Source: Octopus sinensis (Eukaryota). Taken from it: 64,000 nt of DNA. The stretch spans positions 16,368,001 through 16,432,000 of the forward strand of contig NC_043010.1 of the NCBI RefSeq assembly GCF_006345805.1. Reading direction: 5' to 3'. The first letter of the stretch is position 1; the number at the start of each line of letters is the position of its first letter. Shown piece after piece: positions 22,839-37,065 of the stretch. The notes below the pieces were generated by a model that was not told the DNA's origin, ran no database searches, and saw only the letters and a list, made by a program, of their open reading frames with translations. A program made the position numbers and the translations under genes.

Positions 22839-25189
22839 CTCTCTCTCTCTCTCTCTCTTTCATAAGCACACAGGCTTTATTTTAGGTATGTATTAAATTT
22901 GAATTGCACAATTGAAATTTCGTTATTTTACAAAACACACATATATTGTACAGTATACATATACACACACAGAGACATAATTGTACTGGACACATACATA
23001 CGATACTACAAACACATTTACAGTATGCATGGTTGCTCACACGCATGCATGCACGCAAACACACACTTCTGGTACTGTTTTCAGAATGACAAGGTTTCAC
23101 TTTGGAATTGGTTTCTTGAAGTGGTGTCCAGCTCACTCAAATGCTGTGTGACAATGTCCTCTACCATAGCTTTGAGAGCAATAGTTAGTGGATGGAAACT
23201 GTGTGGAATCCTATTGAAGGGACAGCAAATGTTGTCGGATTGTAGTCTTGATTCATTTCCTGCTTTAAACTCTGGCAATTGATCGGGGGATTCTTTAATG
23301 GTGTCCATTAGGACTGTATGTCTAATCTGAGAATAACTCTCGCTCTTCCTTCCAGTATACTGGGAGGAAGAGAGGAGGGTCATCTTAAAGGTTTCCCTTT
23401 CTCCTCCTCACTAAAAACTTTTAAAAAATACACTGGTTGAGTTGTCTCCCTTGACTTATCTGCTACCGACTTTCAATATGTGTAATTGTATAAAGTTTAA
23501 GTAGGAACAGCATTCAATATTTATTAGATTACTCGTGAACCATTGGGTCACCTGGAAAGTCTGACTTTCCTAGCAATGGAGTTTTGTTTTGTGGGTTTTT
23601 TCCATTTCCAGGTTATTTCTCATGCTTTCAATGAATATAACATCAAAATCACATGTAAACGGTTCCTTTCCCCAGAAAAAGAAAGATTTGGCTGCTATTT
23701 CTTGCATGCCCTGCTACCATGTAGCAGCTATTTCAGGTCCTTTATCGCAAATAGCTGTTACGTGGTAGCAGGGCGTGCTAGAAATAACAGCCAAATGTTT
23801 GGAGCTGAGAGACATTGAATGCACTCGAAAATCTTTAAGCAATTGTATTCCCTTGGGGTGATCTTTCGCTTTGACCCTCAGAACTGTCATCTGAATCAGC
23901 TGGTTTTGTTCGTTAATTTCCATAAATTTTTTTTATTTATTTACTTTTGTCTTAAAGTAAAAGAGAGTACCACTTACACATACATGAGAACACACACATT
24001 CATTCACTCACACACATATGTACATACAAAAAAGATATACGCATATGTATTGATGTTGTACATATACATAACACACTCCTTCACTCTTTTTCTCTCTCCT
24101 TCTCTCTAATGCACATCCATTTCATATACACGTACATTCATCTTTCACTTTCTCCTCTCTTTCACTTTAAAACAAAAGTAAATAAATAAATAAATTTTTA
24201 CGGACATTAACGAACTCCAGATGACAGTTCTGAGAATTAAAGTGAAAGATTGCCTTTCACTTCAAAATAATTTAGAAGACAACATTAAAATATTGTCTGT
24301 TTAAAGAAGGCTAAAATATAAATACTTACTGTACAAACAACTTACATTTTTGAAATCACATTCACTTAAAAATATTTCTAAATGATTAACATATTGTGTA
24401 CATCAAGAAGTCGACGTTTTTTTCTTGGAGAGCACGAAGACTATGTGTGTGTGTATGTCACAGATAGCGGATGTATGTTATTCATTATATGTGTGTTGAC
24501 ATCATGGAAACCATGTTTTTTCATCAAAAAATAACAAACAAAAATTATGTTTAATCGTTTTCATCAACAGAGGTCCCAATATCACAAAAATTTGTACTGC
24601 ACTGCCGAAGGTAAGTATGAAAATAAATATGCAAAAAAATTAAGATAAAATATACTATTTCTGAGATATTTCGGATACAAACATCTTCTAGAGTTTTAGT
24701 AGCAGAGACAAACCTTTTCTACAGCAAGAAATATTTCATGTTCAATGAAATGAAGTTCTGGTTAGAGTAACGTGCAACGCGAAATATTATTTCTTGTACT
24801 CTAATGTTGTTAATAATTCTAAAAATGCAAAAAATGTACAAGACAATCTCTTAACATCAAGAATTAAAAGTCAGGTGGATTTTGTATCGAGAATCTTGAC
24901 TTCCAAAATAAACAGAGACCTGCAGTTTTCCTAAAAGTATTTGTGAATGTCTTAGAAATTAAAAAACTTGTGAAATTGGACGAGAAATAAGTTGAAAGTA
25001 AATTAGAGATAAATTCGATGGTAATTACCTTTGAGATGAAGCTACAAAGATATTTTTTAAAAAACAAATTGACAGAAATGGCCTTCTGCCACAGGTCTCA
25101 ATGATTCCTTGTAATTGTTTTACCAAAAGATGTTCAAGGTTGTTTTGTTTTTTTTGTTTTTTTGTGCGTGTGTTAAATGTGTTGAATAT

Positions 25190-25610
25190 ATACTCGTTTT
25201 ACTCGTTTTACTTGTTTCAGTCATATGACTGCGGCCATGCTGGAGCACCGCCTTTAATCGAGCAAATCGACCCCAGGACTTATTCTTTATAAGCCCAGTA
25301 CTTATTCTATCGGTCTCTTTTGCCGAACCGCTAAGTGACGGGGACGTAAACACACCAGCATCGGTTGTCAAGCAATGCTAGAGGGACAAACACAGACACA
25401 CAAACATATACACACGCATACACACATATATATATATATACATATATACGACAGGCTTCTTTCAGTTTCCGTCTACCAAATCCACTCACAAGGCTTTGGT
25501 CGGCCCGAGGCTATAGCAGAAGACACTTGCCCAAGATGCCACGCAGTGAGACTGAACCCGGAAGCATGTGGTTGGTTAGCAAGCTACTTACCACACAGCC
25601 ACTCCTGAAA
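25190..25610 (-). mobile_element. tRNA-derived SINE (major family)
   Basis: Reverse complement of 58390-58810. Confidence 0.85.
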
Positions 25611-26409
25611 ACGAATATTTAAGTGCATCGTCGTTCAAGAAAGTATTTGGAAATATTTTAATCAGTGTGCGTTGTACCAGAGAGAGTTGACTTCAACTGT
25701 TGTGGGTCAAATAGAAAAAGATTGTTACAAAGAGAGAGGGGGGGAGAGACATAACAGTTGTCAAAGACTCAACTAAATCATGTTAATGGCTTCACTAGAC
25801 TCTGACCAGTTTTCTATGGCTTTATTCTGTGCTGAGACAGCTGGTGAAAGTATTGTGAGTAATGACTCACAGAGACAGAGTAGAGACTCAGTGACTCATG
25901 GGAACAGATATCTATTCAATGACTCATAGAGAAAGAGGTCTGCTCTGGTGAAAGACCCTCTGTTCAGCTGAATTAGATTCTCCTTGTTCTTGTACAATTG
26001 CTGGAGAACCCTGGCATGAAGTGTTTCTCAGTTCATTGAGTGACAGAGACAAAGCTTTTGTTTATATTACTAAATCTGACTCTGGAATGACTATAGAGTC
26101 TATTGAAGGTTGTCAAGTTTACAATTATTACTGGGATTGAGGGGTCATATTTGTTGGAAATAATATGAACAAGGTAGCTTTTAATAGGTTGGTCAACAAA
26201 AGAGAAATTAAAACTAGATTGTGTGATGGAAAGTTCATTAGTTTTCGCATACTCTTACACTCAGTGAAGCGATTGATGCCAGTGTCTTAGAGGCTGCTAT
26301 GAGACAAGATATATTTCAGTTGCTTAGATTACTAGAAGGGCTTCAGAAAACTGACAACTCATCACTTCAAATCCATCTAATCTTGTGTCTGTCATGATAG
26401 ATTTGATGT

Positions 26410-27370
26410 CATTATCATCATCATCATTTAACGTCCATTTTTCATGTTGGCATGGCTTGGATTGTATGTTAGGAGCTGGCATGTCAGAAGACTGCACCAG
26501 GTTTTACTGTCTCTTTTGATATGGATTATATGGCTGGATGCCCTTGCTGACACCAACTGTCCTTCAGAGTGGACGGAATGATTTTTACTTGGCTCCAGCA
26601 CCAGTGACGTCTGTTTTGGCATGGCTTTTACAGTTGGGTGACCTTCCAAATGCCAACCACTTTTACAGTGTAGACTGGATGCCCTTATATAGCACAACCA
26701 CTGACAGGGCCACCAAGTAACTCCCAAGACAAAGACCTTTTGCGTGGTGGTGGTGGGGGGGTCATTGGAGGAGGTGACCTTGTGCCTGGTGAGGAGAGGT
26801 AAGAGTGTGACAGAGGGACAAAAGAGGTGTCTTGCTGTAGAGGAGATACATGAGCACCCAATCAGGAGAGAGAGCAAGTGAGAGAAAGTGGTCAAGAATG
26901 AGAAAAAGAGAGAGTGGATGAGAGTGAGAGTGCAAGACAAGGAGGGTGAGAGAGAGAGAGAGCAAAAGAAAGATGGTGAAGTGCCTGTGCACCCCCTTGA
27001 GGTACAGGGATCAGAATATAAATGGGATGGTAGAATATTGCCAAGGGTGCATGAGTAGGGGATAGGAACTTCACATGAATGCAAAGAGTGTAGGGTGGGG
27101 AATGTGGTGGGGACAGGATTGGGGAATGAGAGATAAGCTTAAGCATAGTGTATGAGAAAGAGGAAATGTGAGGAAGAGCTGGAGTTTGGTTTGTTGGGGT
27201 AGGGTGTGGGGTGGAACACACAGCACTTTCAGAACTCAGTTTGAGGTTCTCTTCTCAAGAACCTCATATCACCAAACATCTTGGTCCATTGCCATCTCCT
27301 CTGTGAGGCCCAACATCCTGAGATCAATCCTTACTACTTCATCCCATGTCATCCTGAAAAGAAATGATGA
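26410..27370 (-). mobile_element. Decayed RTE LINE 3' end with 3' UTR and GAT tail
   Basis: (cat)n tail at ~26410, purine/pyrimidine-skewed UTR, and degenerate ORF end at ~27240-27360. Confidence 0.55.
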
Positions 27371-27659
27371 CCAACAATGACATTAAGGTGTAATGGATCA
27401 GAGGTTATGCCTGGGTTTCAAACTGTCAGACAACGAAACCAAGTGTTGATATTGAACCAGTGATTACTGGACCTTCAATACGTCAGCATAACCAAATTGA
27501 CTTAAAACTTGAGAAGACCACAAGTTGTTACTATTGAGTTGTCTCCTTTGGGATGAAGAGTGAAAGGTCCAAGGGGCAAAGGCTGCTCTGTTGTGTATTC
27601 AAGTAATGTACATAGGAATGGTTTTAAATATGTGAAAACAGTGATGATGTATATATATA

Positions 27660-28098
27660 TATGCATACCTTTCCTCCTTAGGACACAAAACTCTACTTGT
27701 GAAGACCTGTTAAGGCAAGTGAAAATCAAAATCAAAATCAAAATCGATCAACATCAATGGAAATTGTAGCTGTGATACCAGTGCCGGTGGCACGTAAGAG
27801 AACCATCTGAATGTGGCCGTTGCCAGCGCCGCCCCGACTGGCCTCTGTGCCAGTGGCACGTAAAAAGCACCATCCGATTGTGGCCATTGCCAGCCTTGCC
27901 TGGCCTCCGTGCCGGTGGCACGTAAAAAGCACCCACTACACTCACGGAGTGGTTGGCGTTAGGAAGGGCATCCAGCTGTAGAAACATTGCCAGATCAGAC
28001 TGGGCCTAGTGCAGCCTTCTGGCTTCCCAGACCCCAGTTGAACCGTCCAATTCATGCTAGCATGGAAAGCGGATGCTAAACGATGATGATGATGATGA
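27660..28098 (+). mobile_element. GAT-tailed RTE-derived repeat copy
   Basis: Same family core, with a (gat)n tail at 28082-28098. Confidence 0.75.
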
Positions 28099-28855
28099 TT
28101 TGACTGCTGGTAATTTTATATTGTCTGGGTTTTGATTTCATTGAGATGTGCTGATAGTCCTGTTCATAATTTCAGTCAATTTATGTCAGAGAATATTTTA
28201 TCTCATGTCATATAGTTAAGTGTTAAAGCTGAGGCCCCATCATCAAAGATCTTTGTGTGGTAAACAGGCTTGAATAATTTTGAATTGTTGTTATCCTACA
28301 AATAAAACAACTCATGGAGATATATAGTGTGGGTAAGAACCTTGCACAAAAACACCATACTTTAAATTAAGAAATCATTTATTATAAAAAGAAAATCACT
28401 TTGCAAACAGGAAATAATAGAAACTGCTTACTGCAGACTTATGAAGTGAAATTCTTCCAAAATTATTGGTATATTTCATGTTAATCTAGGCAAGTCCATA
28501 AAATAAGAGATACCAGTAATATAATAGGATTGAGTTGAATGGCTATAGTCTATTTTTAATTACAAAACAGGGTTCTATGTCTAATGAATCTCAATGAATG
28601 ATCCCCTGGTTTAGTCAATATTTCTATTATTGTGTTTTCCATTACAGTATTGTTGATTCCCATCAATTCACCTGTGTCTATTTTTATTTCAGTCATCCAG
28701 TTTTTCTTTCAATTTCTCTCTCACACACCATTAACACACTTCTCACATTTCAGTTTTAAAATTCTGTTTAATTTTCTCTTCTTACAGATCATTTAATACA
28801 CCAGTTAGGATTATTGGAAGTCTTAAGTATTTCCTTAACCCTCTGCGATGCTCAG

Positions 28856-29598
28856 GTTTCGATATAGACCGGAAGATGATGCAAATTTCAAACCTCCATT
28901 ACAAGGACCAAGAAAACTCGTGCAAATCAAAATTCCTGCCCGTTCTCCAACAGGGAAACAGGAAAACAAGAACAATGTTAACAGTTCAGCACAAACTTCA
29001 GCAAATCCTGTTGATGTCAATAAGACACAGAAATCTGCTACATCTTCTCTCCCACAGCAAACTGAAAGCCCAGGCACAGTTTCAAATGAGAGAAAGGACC
29101 AACAAAGTCCTTTACCACCAGAAACACCATCCAAAACCATTTACCATGCGCAACCATTTACTAAACTTACCCCAAAGATATTTCCAGACAGTATCAACAT
29201 GGCAGTTGATGTTTGTAAAAACGTGTCAACTTCACACATGTCTAGCCGGGACAACAATATTCATAAATCATCTTTACATCCAACAACAGGATCTGATCAA
29301 AACATTCCCACTGCCAAATGTCTTGAGAACCCTGAAAAACAACCAACGAACCTCAGGCAGGATTCAAACACTCACAATTATAACGACACTTTCAACAACA
29401 TGTCTACTCTTTTACAAATAGCAGTTGCTCCCACTGTACCTCGCAGAAAGAGTTGCTTTTCTATTTCTCCTACGATTACTCCATCAACAGAGTCAAGCTG
29501 TATTCCAGCTTGCTCACCTTCCCCTGTTACTATGGAGACAAAGTTACCTAGCCATCATATCCAGCCCCAAGATATTTCCACAGGGGGTCAGCAGAAAG
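28856..29598 (+). CDS. Candidate internal coding exon of an unidentified host gene (Ser/Thr/Pro/Asn-rich, probably disordered)
   Basis: Frame of ORF 28848-29654 is open for ~250 codons in otherwise stop-rich DNA. Strong donor AAG|GTAAGA at 29598/29599; plausible acceptor ...ccctctgcgatgctcAG at 28855 (start uncertain). No domain recognised. Confidence 0.55.
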
Positions 29599-29919
29599 GT
29601 AAGACTAGATTATTTATTAATTATTTTTTAGTAGTAATTAGCATTTGTTCCTAACTCAGAATTTCATTTTACAGAAAGGAGACTAACCCATCAGGAAAGG
29701 GACTAACCTCTTATTTGAAAGGGTGATGTCACCTTACACAGGCTCAGAAAAGTCTATATTTGGAGAGGTCAAAGTTTGTTGACTGATAAAAATTATTCAG
29801 ATGAGTTACTTTGGTTGACTGAAATCAGAAAGTAAAATATATTTGAAGATGTGTGTCTCTATAGTGTAGATATATATAAAAAAACAATTTCAAAATGTGT
29901 GTGTATGTGTGTATATATA

Positions 29920-30031
<112 letters not shown>

Positions 30032-30907
30032 AGCAGTAATACCCACCGTAATTACTTTTACTGTTTCTCAGGAGCCACATCCAAAGTACTATTATATATA
30101 TATAATTTACTCCTCCTGTATGTGTGTATTTTTCTAAGAGAAAAATATGTAATAATTGAAGTAGAAAAAAGATCAATTTCATACATGAACTTCTGTTTGT
30201 TTATTATATGACAACAATGAGTTGTATGTGTTATTTTATTTATCAATACAGTAATGGCAATTACATAATACAGTTAATTTAAATAAGTAATTTTCTCATT
30301 CTTGAATGTTTTGATAGTAATGGCAAATTAAGTTATTGAAGTATTCATGTTGCATTAAGAGTGAATATTTTTTTGTAAACAATGGTTTGCTTTTGGTCCC
30401 ATATGTGATGCTCCTACATAAAGTCGGCCATGTGAAAAGCATGGTTCTTAAAAACATGTAATAATTGAAGAAGGAGAATTGAAAGATTCAATTTCAACGT
30501 GAATGAAGGTAGAAAAATAGCTATAACATACAGAAGAATAGTTTTATGGAAAGCAGGTGGCAGTGCGATGGCACTGAAAAGGACACAGGTCAAGTAGAAC
30601 ACACATTTGTCACAGTTTCTTTTAACATTTGAATAGGCCGTGTGGCCAAGGAGAATTGAAAGATTCGGTTTCAAATGTGGCCTTAGGTGAGACTACCCCT
30701 ACATATTTAGATTTATTCTATGTATGTATTCTATATGTGTGTATTTTAGAAGAGAAAACCTGTAGTAACTGAAGTAGAAAAAAGATCTATATACACTTTA
30801 AATTATTGAAGTATTCATGTTGCATTAAGAGTGAATGCGTCTTTATAAACAATGTTTTTTGTTTTATTTTGGAGCGTATAAGCAAAAAAGATTTGCTTTT
30901 GCTCTCT

Positions 30908-31186
30908 GGTATGCGAGGAATGAAGAAGGTCTCACCTTTACCACAACCAGTGAGAATATTTGCCTCAATGCAATTTCTCATGAGTTTGTGCACAATTAAT
31001 CTTTTACCATTTCATAATTTTGGTTGAGACAAATTACACATCTGAGTTCAAAAATTTGATGGAGTAGTTAACAATATCCTGATCAACAACACTGTCAATT
31101 GAGTTATAAGTGAATACTTCTCCCGGAAGTTTATTCAATAACATTATTGATGCTATGTACAGCATCATTTTTTGGAGCCAGGATAG
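30908..31186 (-). mobile_element. Helitron Pif1-type helicase fragment
   Basis: ILAPKNDAVHSIN...LPGEVFTYNSIDS...IKFLNS, then IEANILTGCGKGETFFIPRIP; both are hallmark Helitron helicase motifs. Confidence 0.85.
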
Positions 31187-31291
31187 GTCACCCACAGATC
31201 CAATTGCTGGTCAAAAAAAACAGCAATTATACTCTCACTTTAACCTGTCAGCCACAAAACACACATCTCTTTCATTTTATAAACCTTTTCT

Positions 31292-31697
31292 GGATCTTTT
31301 CACTTTCATCGGCAGATTGAGAAATTAAGTTTTTTGTAACTAAACACTTTCAAACTTCATATACTGGTAGAATATGTCATATAAAACCTGTTTTACTTTT
31401 AGCGTTGTTGAGAAAAGTTTCTATTTACGAAGTTATTTCGTGTTAAAGTTGTTGTATTTTGGTAATTTCAACCAATGACGTGTATTCAGCTGAATAAAAT
31501 TACTGCTGTTGTTTGTCAACAACAACTTCCAGTGGTGTATATTTAACACGAAATAACTTTGTAAATAGAAACTTTTCTCAACAACGCTAAGAGTAAAAGA
31601 TGTTTTATATGATACATTCTGCCAGTGTCTGAAGTTTGAAAGTGTTTAGTTACAAAAAACTTAATTTCTCAATCTGCCGTTGAAAGTGAAAAGATCT
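31292..31697. mobile_element. Merlin-like MITE with long TIRs (~160 bp)
   Basis: Termini GGATC / GATCT, with a perfect 8-bp TSD CCTTTTCT (31284-31291 / 31698-31705). Confidence 0.85.
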
Positions 31698-32129
31698 CCT
31701 TTTCTTTTAGTACAACTTAACAACCCCTCATCTTTTGGAAACTCTTTTGGGATACTTTCAGGAACTTCTTTCTCAATTCGAATCATCTTGAAGGTTTTTA
31801 GATTTTGAGTTTTGGAGGATATCGGACCTGGGAATTTCAAATAAAGAATTGGTAAATATATATCTGAGGTCACCATGGAAACTAATCAGAATTTGTGTTG
31901 TTTAGCATTTGTAGCTGATGATTCTAGTAATCCAGTGTTGTTACTCTTCTTGAAGGGGAGTCTCCTGGATCTCTGCTCATAGAATTAGTGCAAGTTTGGT
32001 ATGAATTGTCTAGGATAAATGCAGGTGTGTGTGTGTGTATGTATGTCTCAGAGTGAAAGTTAGATTGTATGATGTCTGTGTATGAATGGCTAAATGTCGT
32101 GGCAGTGAGACATAGGCCCTGAATGCAGA

Positions 32130-33197
32130 CAACATGCATAGACTAAAGGGGAATGATGCTAGTAGAGCTCTGATAGACGGGCAACGTCAGTGTTTATGAG
32201 AAAATGTGAATGAGCTGAGAGAAAAGTTGGGTATAAGAGGAATCAGACGTAACAATGTAAGAGATAAGACTACATTGGTTTGGACATGTGATGCGTATGA
32301 ATGAAAACAGCTGAATAAAGAAGTGATAATTGCTTAAAGTGGATCTTTGTACCTGTGACAGAGGAACAACCGAGGAAACATAAAATAATGAGGGCCCATT
32401 CAAGATGTTGAGCTTCACTGAGGAGATGAGAAGAGACTGAGTTGTCAGGTAATAATGAGGTTCTCGAGAAGACCCACCCACTACAGTGAGACTGAATCCT
32501 GAAAGTGTGTGTTCTACCCATATGTAACATTCATTCACGCATCCTACCCCAATAAGCCAAACTATGTCTCTTCTCTTCCACTCATCTTCTCCCTCCCCAC
32601 TCCTGCAGCCCAACCCTCCCACCCACCAACCGGATCGTTGCTATCCTGTCATCCCCACTATATACCTGGGTCTCACCTGTCACTGCATTTTCCCACTCAC
32701 CTTTTGCATTCCCATGAACTCATAACTCATCTACCATTTATATTTACATCCTTCTACCTTCAGAGTGGCACATCACCACTATCTCTTTCATGCACACACT
32801 CTCTCTCTCTCTCTCACTCTTGCCCACTCATTCTTTCTCTCTCTCTCTCTCTCTCTTTTGCTCTCTTCCTCCGACTCCCTTACAGCAAAACACCTGTTTC
32901 TGTCCTTCTGTCATCTCCTCATCCCCTGACATGGAACCACCTCCCCTCAATACCACTCCCCCTCTCAGTTGCAGCATCTTTGTCTTGCAAGTTACTTGGT
33001 GACCCTTTCTGGTGCTGGTGCCAGGTAAAAGACACCAAGTTCCCTCTGTAAAGTGGTTGGCATTAGGAAGAGCATCTGGCCATAGAAACTGTGCCAAAGC
33101 GATCAGTAGAGTCCTCAGTCTGACCAGCTCCTGTCAAGACCATCCAACCCATGCCGTCATAGAAGATGGATGCTATATGGTGATGATGATGATGATA
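32130..33197 (+). mobile_element. Decayed RTE LINE 3' end (ORF end, UTR, GAT tail)
   Basis: ELREKLGIRGIR...LHWFGHVMRMNE at ~32210-32310, continuing to the same (gat)n-tailed 3' end as the short family. Confidence 0.7.
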
Positions 33198-33353
33198 TGT
33201 ACACAGATAAAATGTGTGTGCAGAAAGCCATCACTTATAAGGGGAGGTTCAGTTGCTTCATACAAAAACACCATGAGCTCGGTGAACTGACTGACAAAAC
33301 TTCACCCATCAACATGCTTCAGCATTTGTGTGTGTGTATTGTTAAAAGGAACA

Positions 33354-33770
33354 GAATCTTTTTGGTTTGAATGGCAGTTTTTAACATAGTTTCTAGGTAA
33401 TTAAAAAATTTTAAACTTCGTATACTGGTAGAATGTGTTTATAAAACATCATTTTCTCTTGGATTTATTGAGAAAATTCTATAGTTTGTAAGATATTTGT
33501 TGATTTTTTTATTCAATTTCTGCAATTTCAACCAATCACTGACGTCTATTGAGGTAAAAAAACATTCTGTGCCGTATGAATATGTCCCTCGTTTAAGAAA
33601 CAGATTGGGTTTATTTACATTTGTGAAGAAAGAAAAGATACCCCCCCCACCCCTAACCCTAACCCTAAAACAGATTGAAATGCAATAGATCGATATTAGG
33701 GTCATAATTATGGGTGACAATTTCATATGACACTGCTAGAAAAAAACTGCCGTTCAAACCGAAAATATCC
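33354..33770. mobile_element. Merlin-like MITE (418-bp family)
   Basis: Same sequence as 16740-17157 in the opposite orientation; flanks aaaggaac / gaaggaac (7/8, boundary uncertain by 1 bp). Confidence 0.8.
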
Positions 33771-34844
33771 GAAGGAACTGTCGCAAGATCACTGATTTAC
33801 AGACGAAATGTCTGCTTGACACACCTGAGCCACATTCCTGTTGATGGAGAGCCTTGTCCAAATACACACACACACACTTCTAAACTACACTGTAGATTTA
33901 TACTAATTAGTTATATATATATTACCAATACAATGGTAAAGCTGCTATTTACTAGCAGCATGTATATATTTTTCTAATCTGCTGTTTTCTAGCCCTTATT
34001 AGCCAGGTGGCGACTGTTAGATATTCAACAGTTTACATAAGTGAAGTCTGTAAGCCATTACAATTTATCTGTATTAATTGTTCTTATATTACTAATCTCT
34101 CCTTACATTGTCCTTTTCCAATTTTAATTCAAAAGGGTCCAGTTCAGTTGTTTCACTTCTTAATTCAAGTCCCTTCCTTTTGTTTGGTTTGATAAAACCC
34201 TGTTCAACCATGTCTACCTCTCCTCATAACAGATAAAGTGTTGATGAAATAAAGTCATTATTTTCTCCACATTAATTATGTATAACGCTTACTTCACTAT
34301 TTATAGACTGCTCTTACCAAAGGCTACCAATCCATTCACGCACTAACCTACCTCTACAAATTCACTTACAATCGATCACCTTACCTATTCTCATCTGACC
34401 TCAAACCACTTCAATTATTTGTCAGTAAATATCACTCAATTCTATCCTGACTTTCAATTATTTATTTCCATTACTCTCTTCCTCTCCCTCTCTATTAATC
34501 TCACTATTTTTTTTTCTTTTTACGTAATCTTTTAATCGTTATTTTTCATTTTTTTCTATCCACCCCCACCCCCATTCTCCTTTCTCTCAGTTACCTCTCA
34601 TCTAACTCTTTATCTTTGTGTCAGTCTGTCTATATCATATACCCCTACCCCACCTACATCCCCACTTACACTGTTACTATCTGTTTTTTTTTATTTTCAT
34701 CTCTGTATTTGCATTTCTGCCTCTTTATCTGCTTCACTAACACCAAAAGTTAGGCTTCAGTCCTTTTCCTTCCCATAATTCTCTCTTTCTCTCATATATA
34801 TATATAATATTTAATATACTATATATATATATATATATTTAATA

Positions 34845-34886
<42 letters not shown>

Positions 34887-35140
34887 GCCTTTCTTTCTCT
34901 GTACACATATGTTACCTAATATATTCTCTAGTGCAATACAGTATTGAAACCAGCTACTGTTAACTCACCTGTAATTCATACATTCATTAACACCCAATTA
35001 ACGAGGTTAATTTATTCCACCTTTTGTATTCTCATCAGAAATGTCATTATTAGATGAAATACAATATGATTGTCATGCAGATAAGGTCTTTTAATTAGTG
35101 AAATATACACTTATTTAAAACCTGGTAGACTACAATACCT

Positions 35141-35202
<62 letters not shown>

Positions 35203-35203
35203 G

Positions 35204-35246
<43 letters not shown>

Positions 35247-36372
35247 CCTTTGAACAAAATTATGTCAGTCAGTGAAAACATTCACTTCTTTGATAATTAT
35301 ATATGTGTATATATATAATATATATATATATATATTAATCAAAATAAGCAACAGTATATCAAGTAGTAATGAAGTACAACCGTTTCAAGCAACTCCATTT
35401 AATTGAACAATGCAATCAATACATCAATTTAAATGCAGTGCTATCTTCAGCTGCACAAAATATAGAATTTTTTCACAAGCAGGACACATTAATATAATTT
35501 TTCTTAAATATTTTAACAGAGTAAGAAGATGGAAGAAATTGATGTTGTCACTATTGTAGCAAAGTGGCTATGAACAGATTGCAATTTCTTAGAATCACAT
35601 GGAGCATAGTGGGGCCATAGGGTTGTGATTCATTTCTAATTTATCTCTTTATCATCTATTAAATCTGAGACTAGAAACTGTCTGTTTTGTATAAAGAACA
35701 AGAATGAGTTGACAGCTCATGGCTAGGTATGGTCATAAATATCATAGGTATCCCTTATTCCCAAGAGAAAGGTAATAAGACATTACAAAGAGACAATTTG
35801 ATAGAAAAAATTTCCTATAGAATTTTTATATTCACCTTACTTCATGTTGTGCGGATAATACTGGACTGACTTGGTGCTCCAACTTAAGTATCTAATTCAA
35901 CTAAATCTTAATCATATATATATATATATAAATATATATATATATAAATAAGAATATAAAGCATCATATATTAGCCGTTTTGCTTTCTTCCAAATCTTTT
36001 GTTCTTCCTTAAAATTATTCGGTCCTACCATTTACATTTCTTTTACCTTTCATACTTTGTCTAAAATTGGGATAATTTTCTGAAAGTTGCACTAAGGTAT
36101 GAATTACTTAAGAGAGGGATTTATATAAACGCTCTGTAGTTGAAACCACTTTATGAAGAGTTTTTCCTTTGTCATTTCAACAAAATATCTGCAGTTTTGT
36201 TAACCCCTTAAGATTTACATAGGTGACGATTTCATAATCAACACCTAATAAATTCTGATTGTCACCTGTATTGACTTCTTCAAACCCCAATTCCTGTATT
36301 CTCATGTTCCTGTGCCATTTGTGCAACACTGACTGGCACTATTTCACTCATGGTCTTCCTTTACACACAGCC

Positions 36373-36620
36373 ATCATTATCATCATTTAATGTCCGCTTT
36401 CCATGCTAGCATGGGTTGGACGATTTGACTGAGGACTGGCAAGCCAGAAGGCTGCACCAGACTCCAGTCTGATCTGGCAAGGTTTCTACAGCTGGATGCC
36501 CTTCCTAATGCCAACCACTCCAAGAATGTAGTGGGTGCTTTTTACAAGCCATCAGTACGAGGGCCAGTCAGGCAGTGCTGGCATCGACCGTGCTTGAATG
36601 GTGCTTTTACATGCCAAGAT
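36373..36620 (-). mobile_element. GAT-tailed RTE-derived repeat copy
   Basis: tttaatgtccgctttccatgctagcatgggttggacg core. Confidence 0.7.
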
Positions 36621-36758
36621 ATATATATTTTAAAGTTCCCCTATAATCTAAAATATTTTTTATTGCATCCATAATGTTGTAATTTTTTTATAATTCTTTA
36701 ACAGAGTGAGGTTTATTGCCAGTCACTGTAATGAACTGAAACAGAGTTATTCTATGAT

Positions 36759-37065
36759 AAACTAGCAGTATCACCCGGCGTTGCTCGGGTTTGTAAGGGA
36801 AATAGCTATATAAGCATTTTTAGAGAGTTACTTCCCTTATATAACCTGAGCAAAAATCATTAAAAATGCGGAAAAATGATGGTAAATTTTTTTTTAAATC
36901 GTAGACTCATCGTAGATGCACGCTAATACCCAGAAGGGCTCAATATGAATGACGACTATAAGATACCCGCTTTTGGTTAAACTGCACCGCAAAATGTGGG
37001 GGTAGTTAGGAATCTAAATCGGAGGAGACAGAGTCTCACACACACAACTTGAATTTTATATATAA
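36759..37065 (+). mobile_element. Non-autonomous Helitron/Helentron-like element
   Basis: Starts actagcagtatcacccggcgttgctcggg (short hairpin) and ends with a (ca)n tract plus ttttatatata, the layout of Helentron-associated elements. Confidence 0.5.

Noticed and set aside
23081-23383. 100-aa minus-strand ORF after a polypyrimidine-AG
   Set aside because: No homology recognisable and no supporting partner exon.
28876-29421. Alternative-frame 181-aa ORF as a separate gene
   Set aside because: It overlaps the better-supported exon frame and ends before the donor; likely a compositional shadow.
31661-32139. Short minus-strand ORFs between the MITE and the RTE relic
   Set aside because: No motif recognised; one ORF ends inside the MITE TIR.
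36180-36350. Possible pogo/Tigger C-terminal remnant (ELGFEEV)
   Set aside because: A single short motif is too weak to call.
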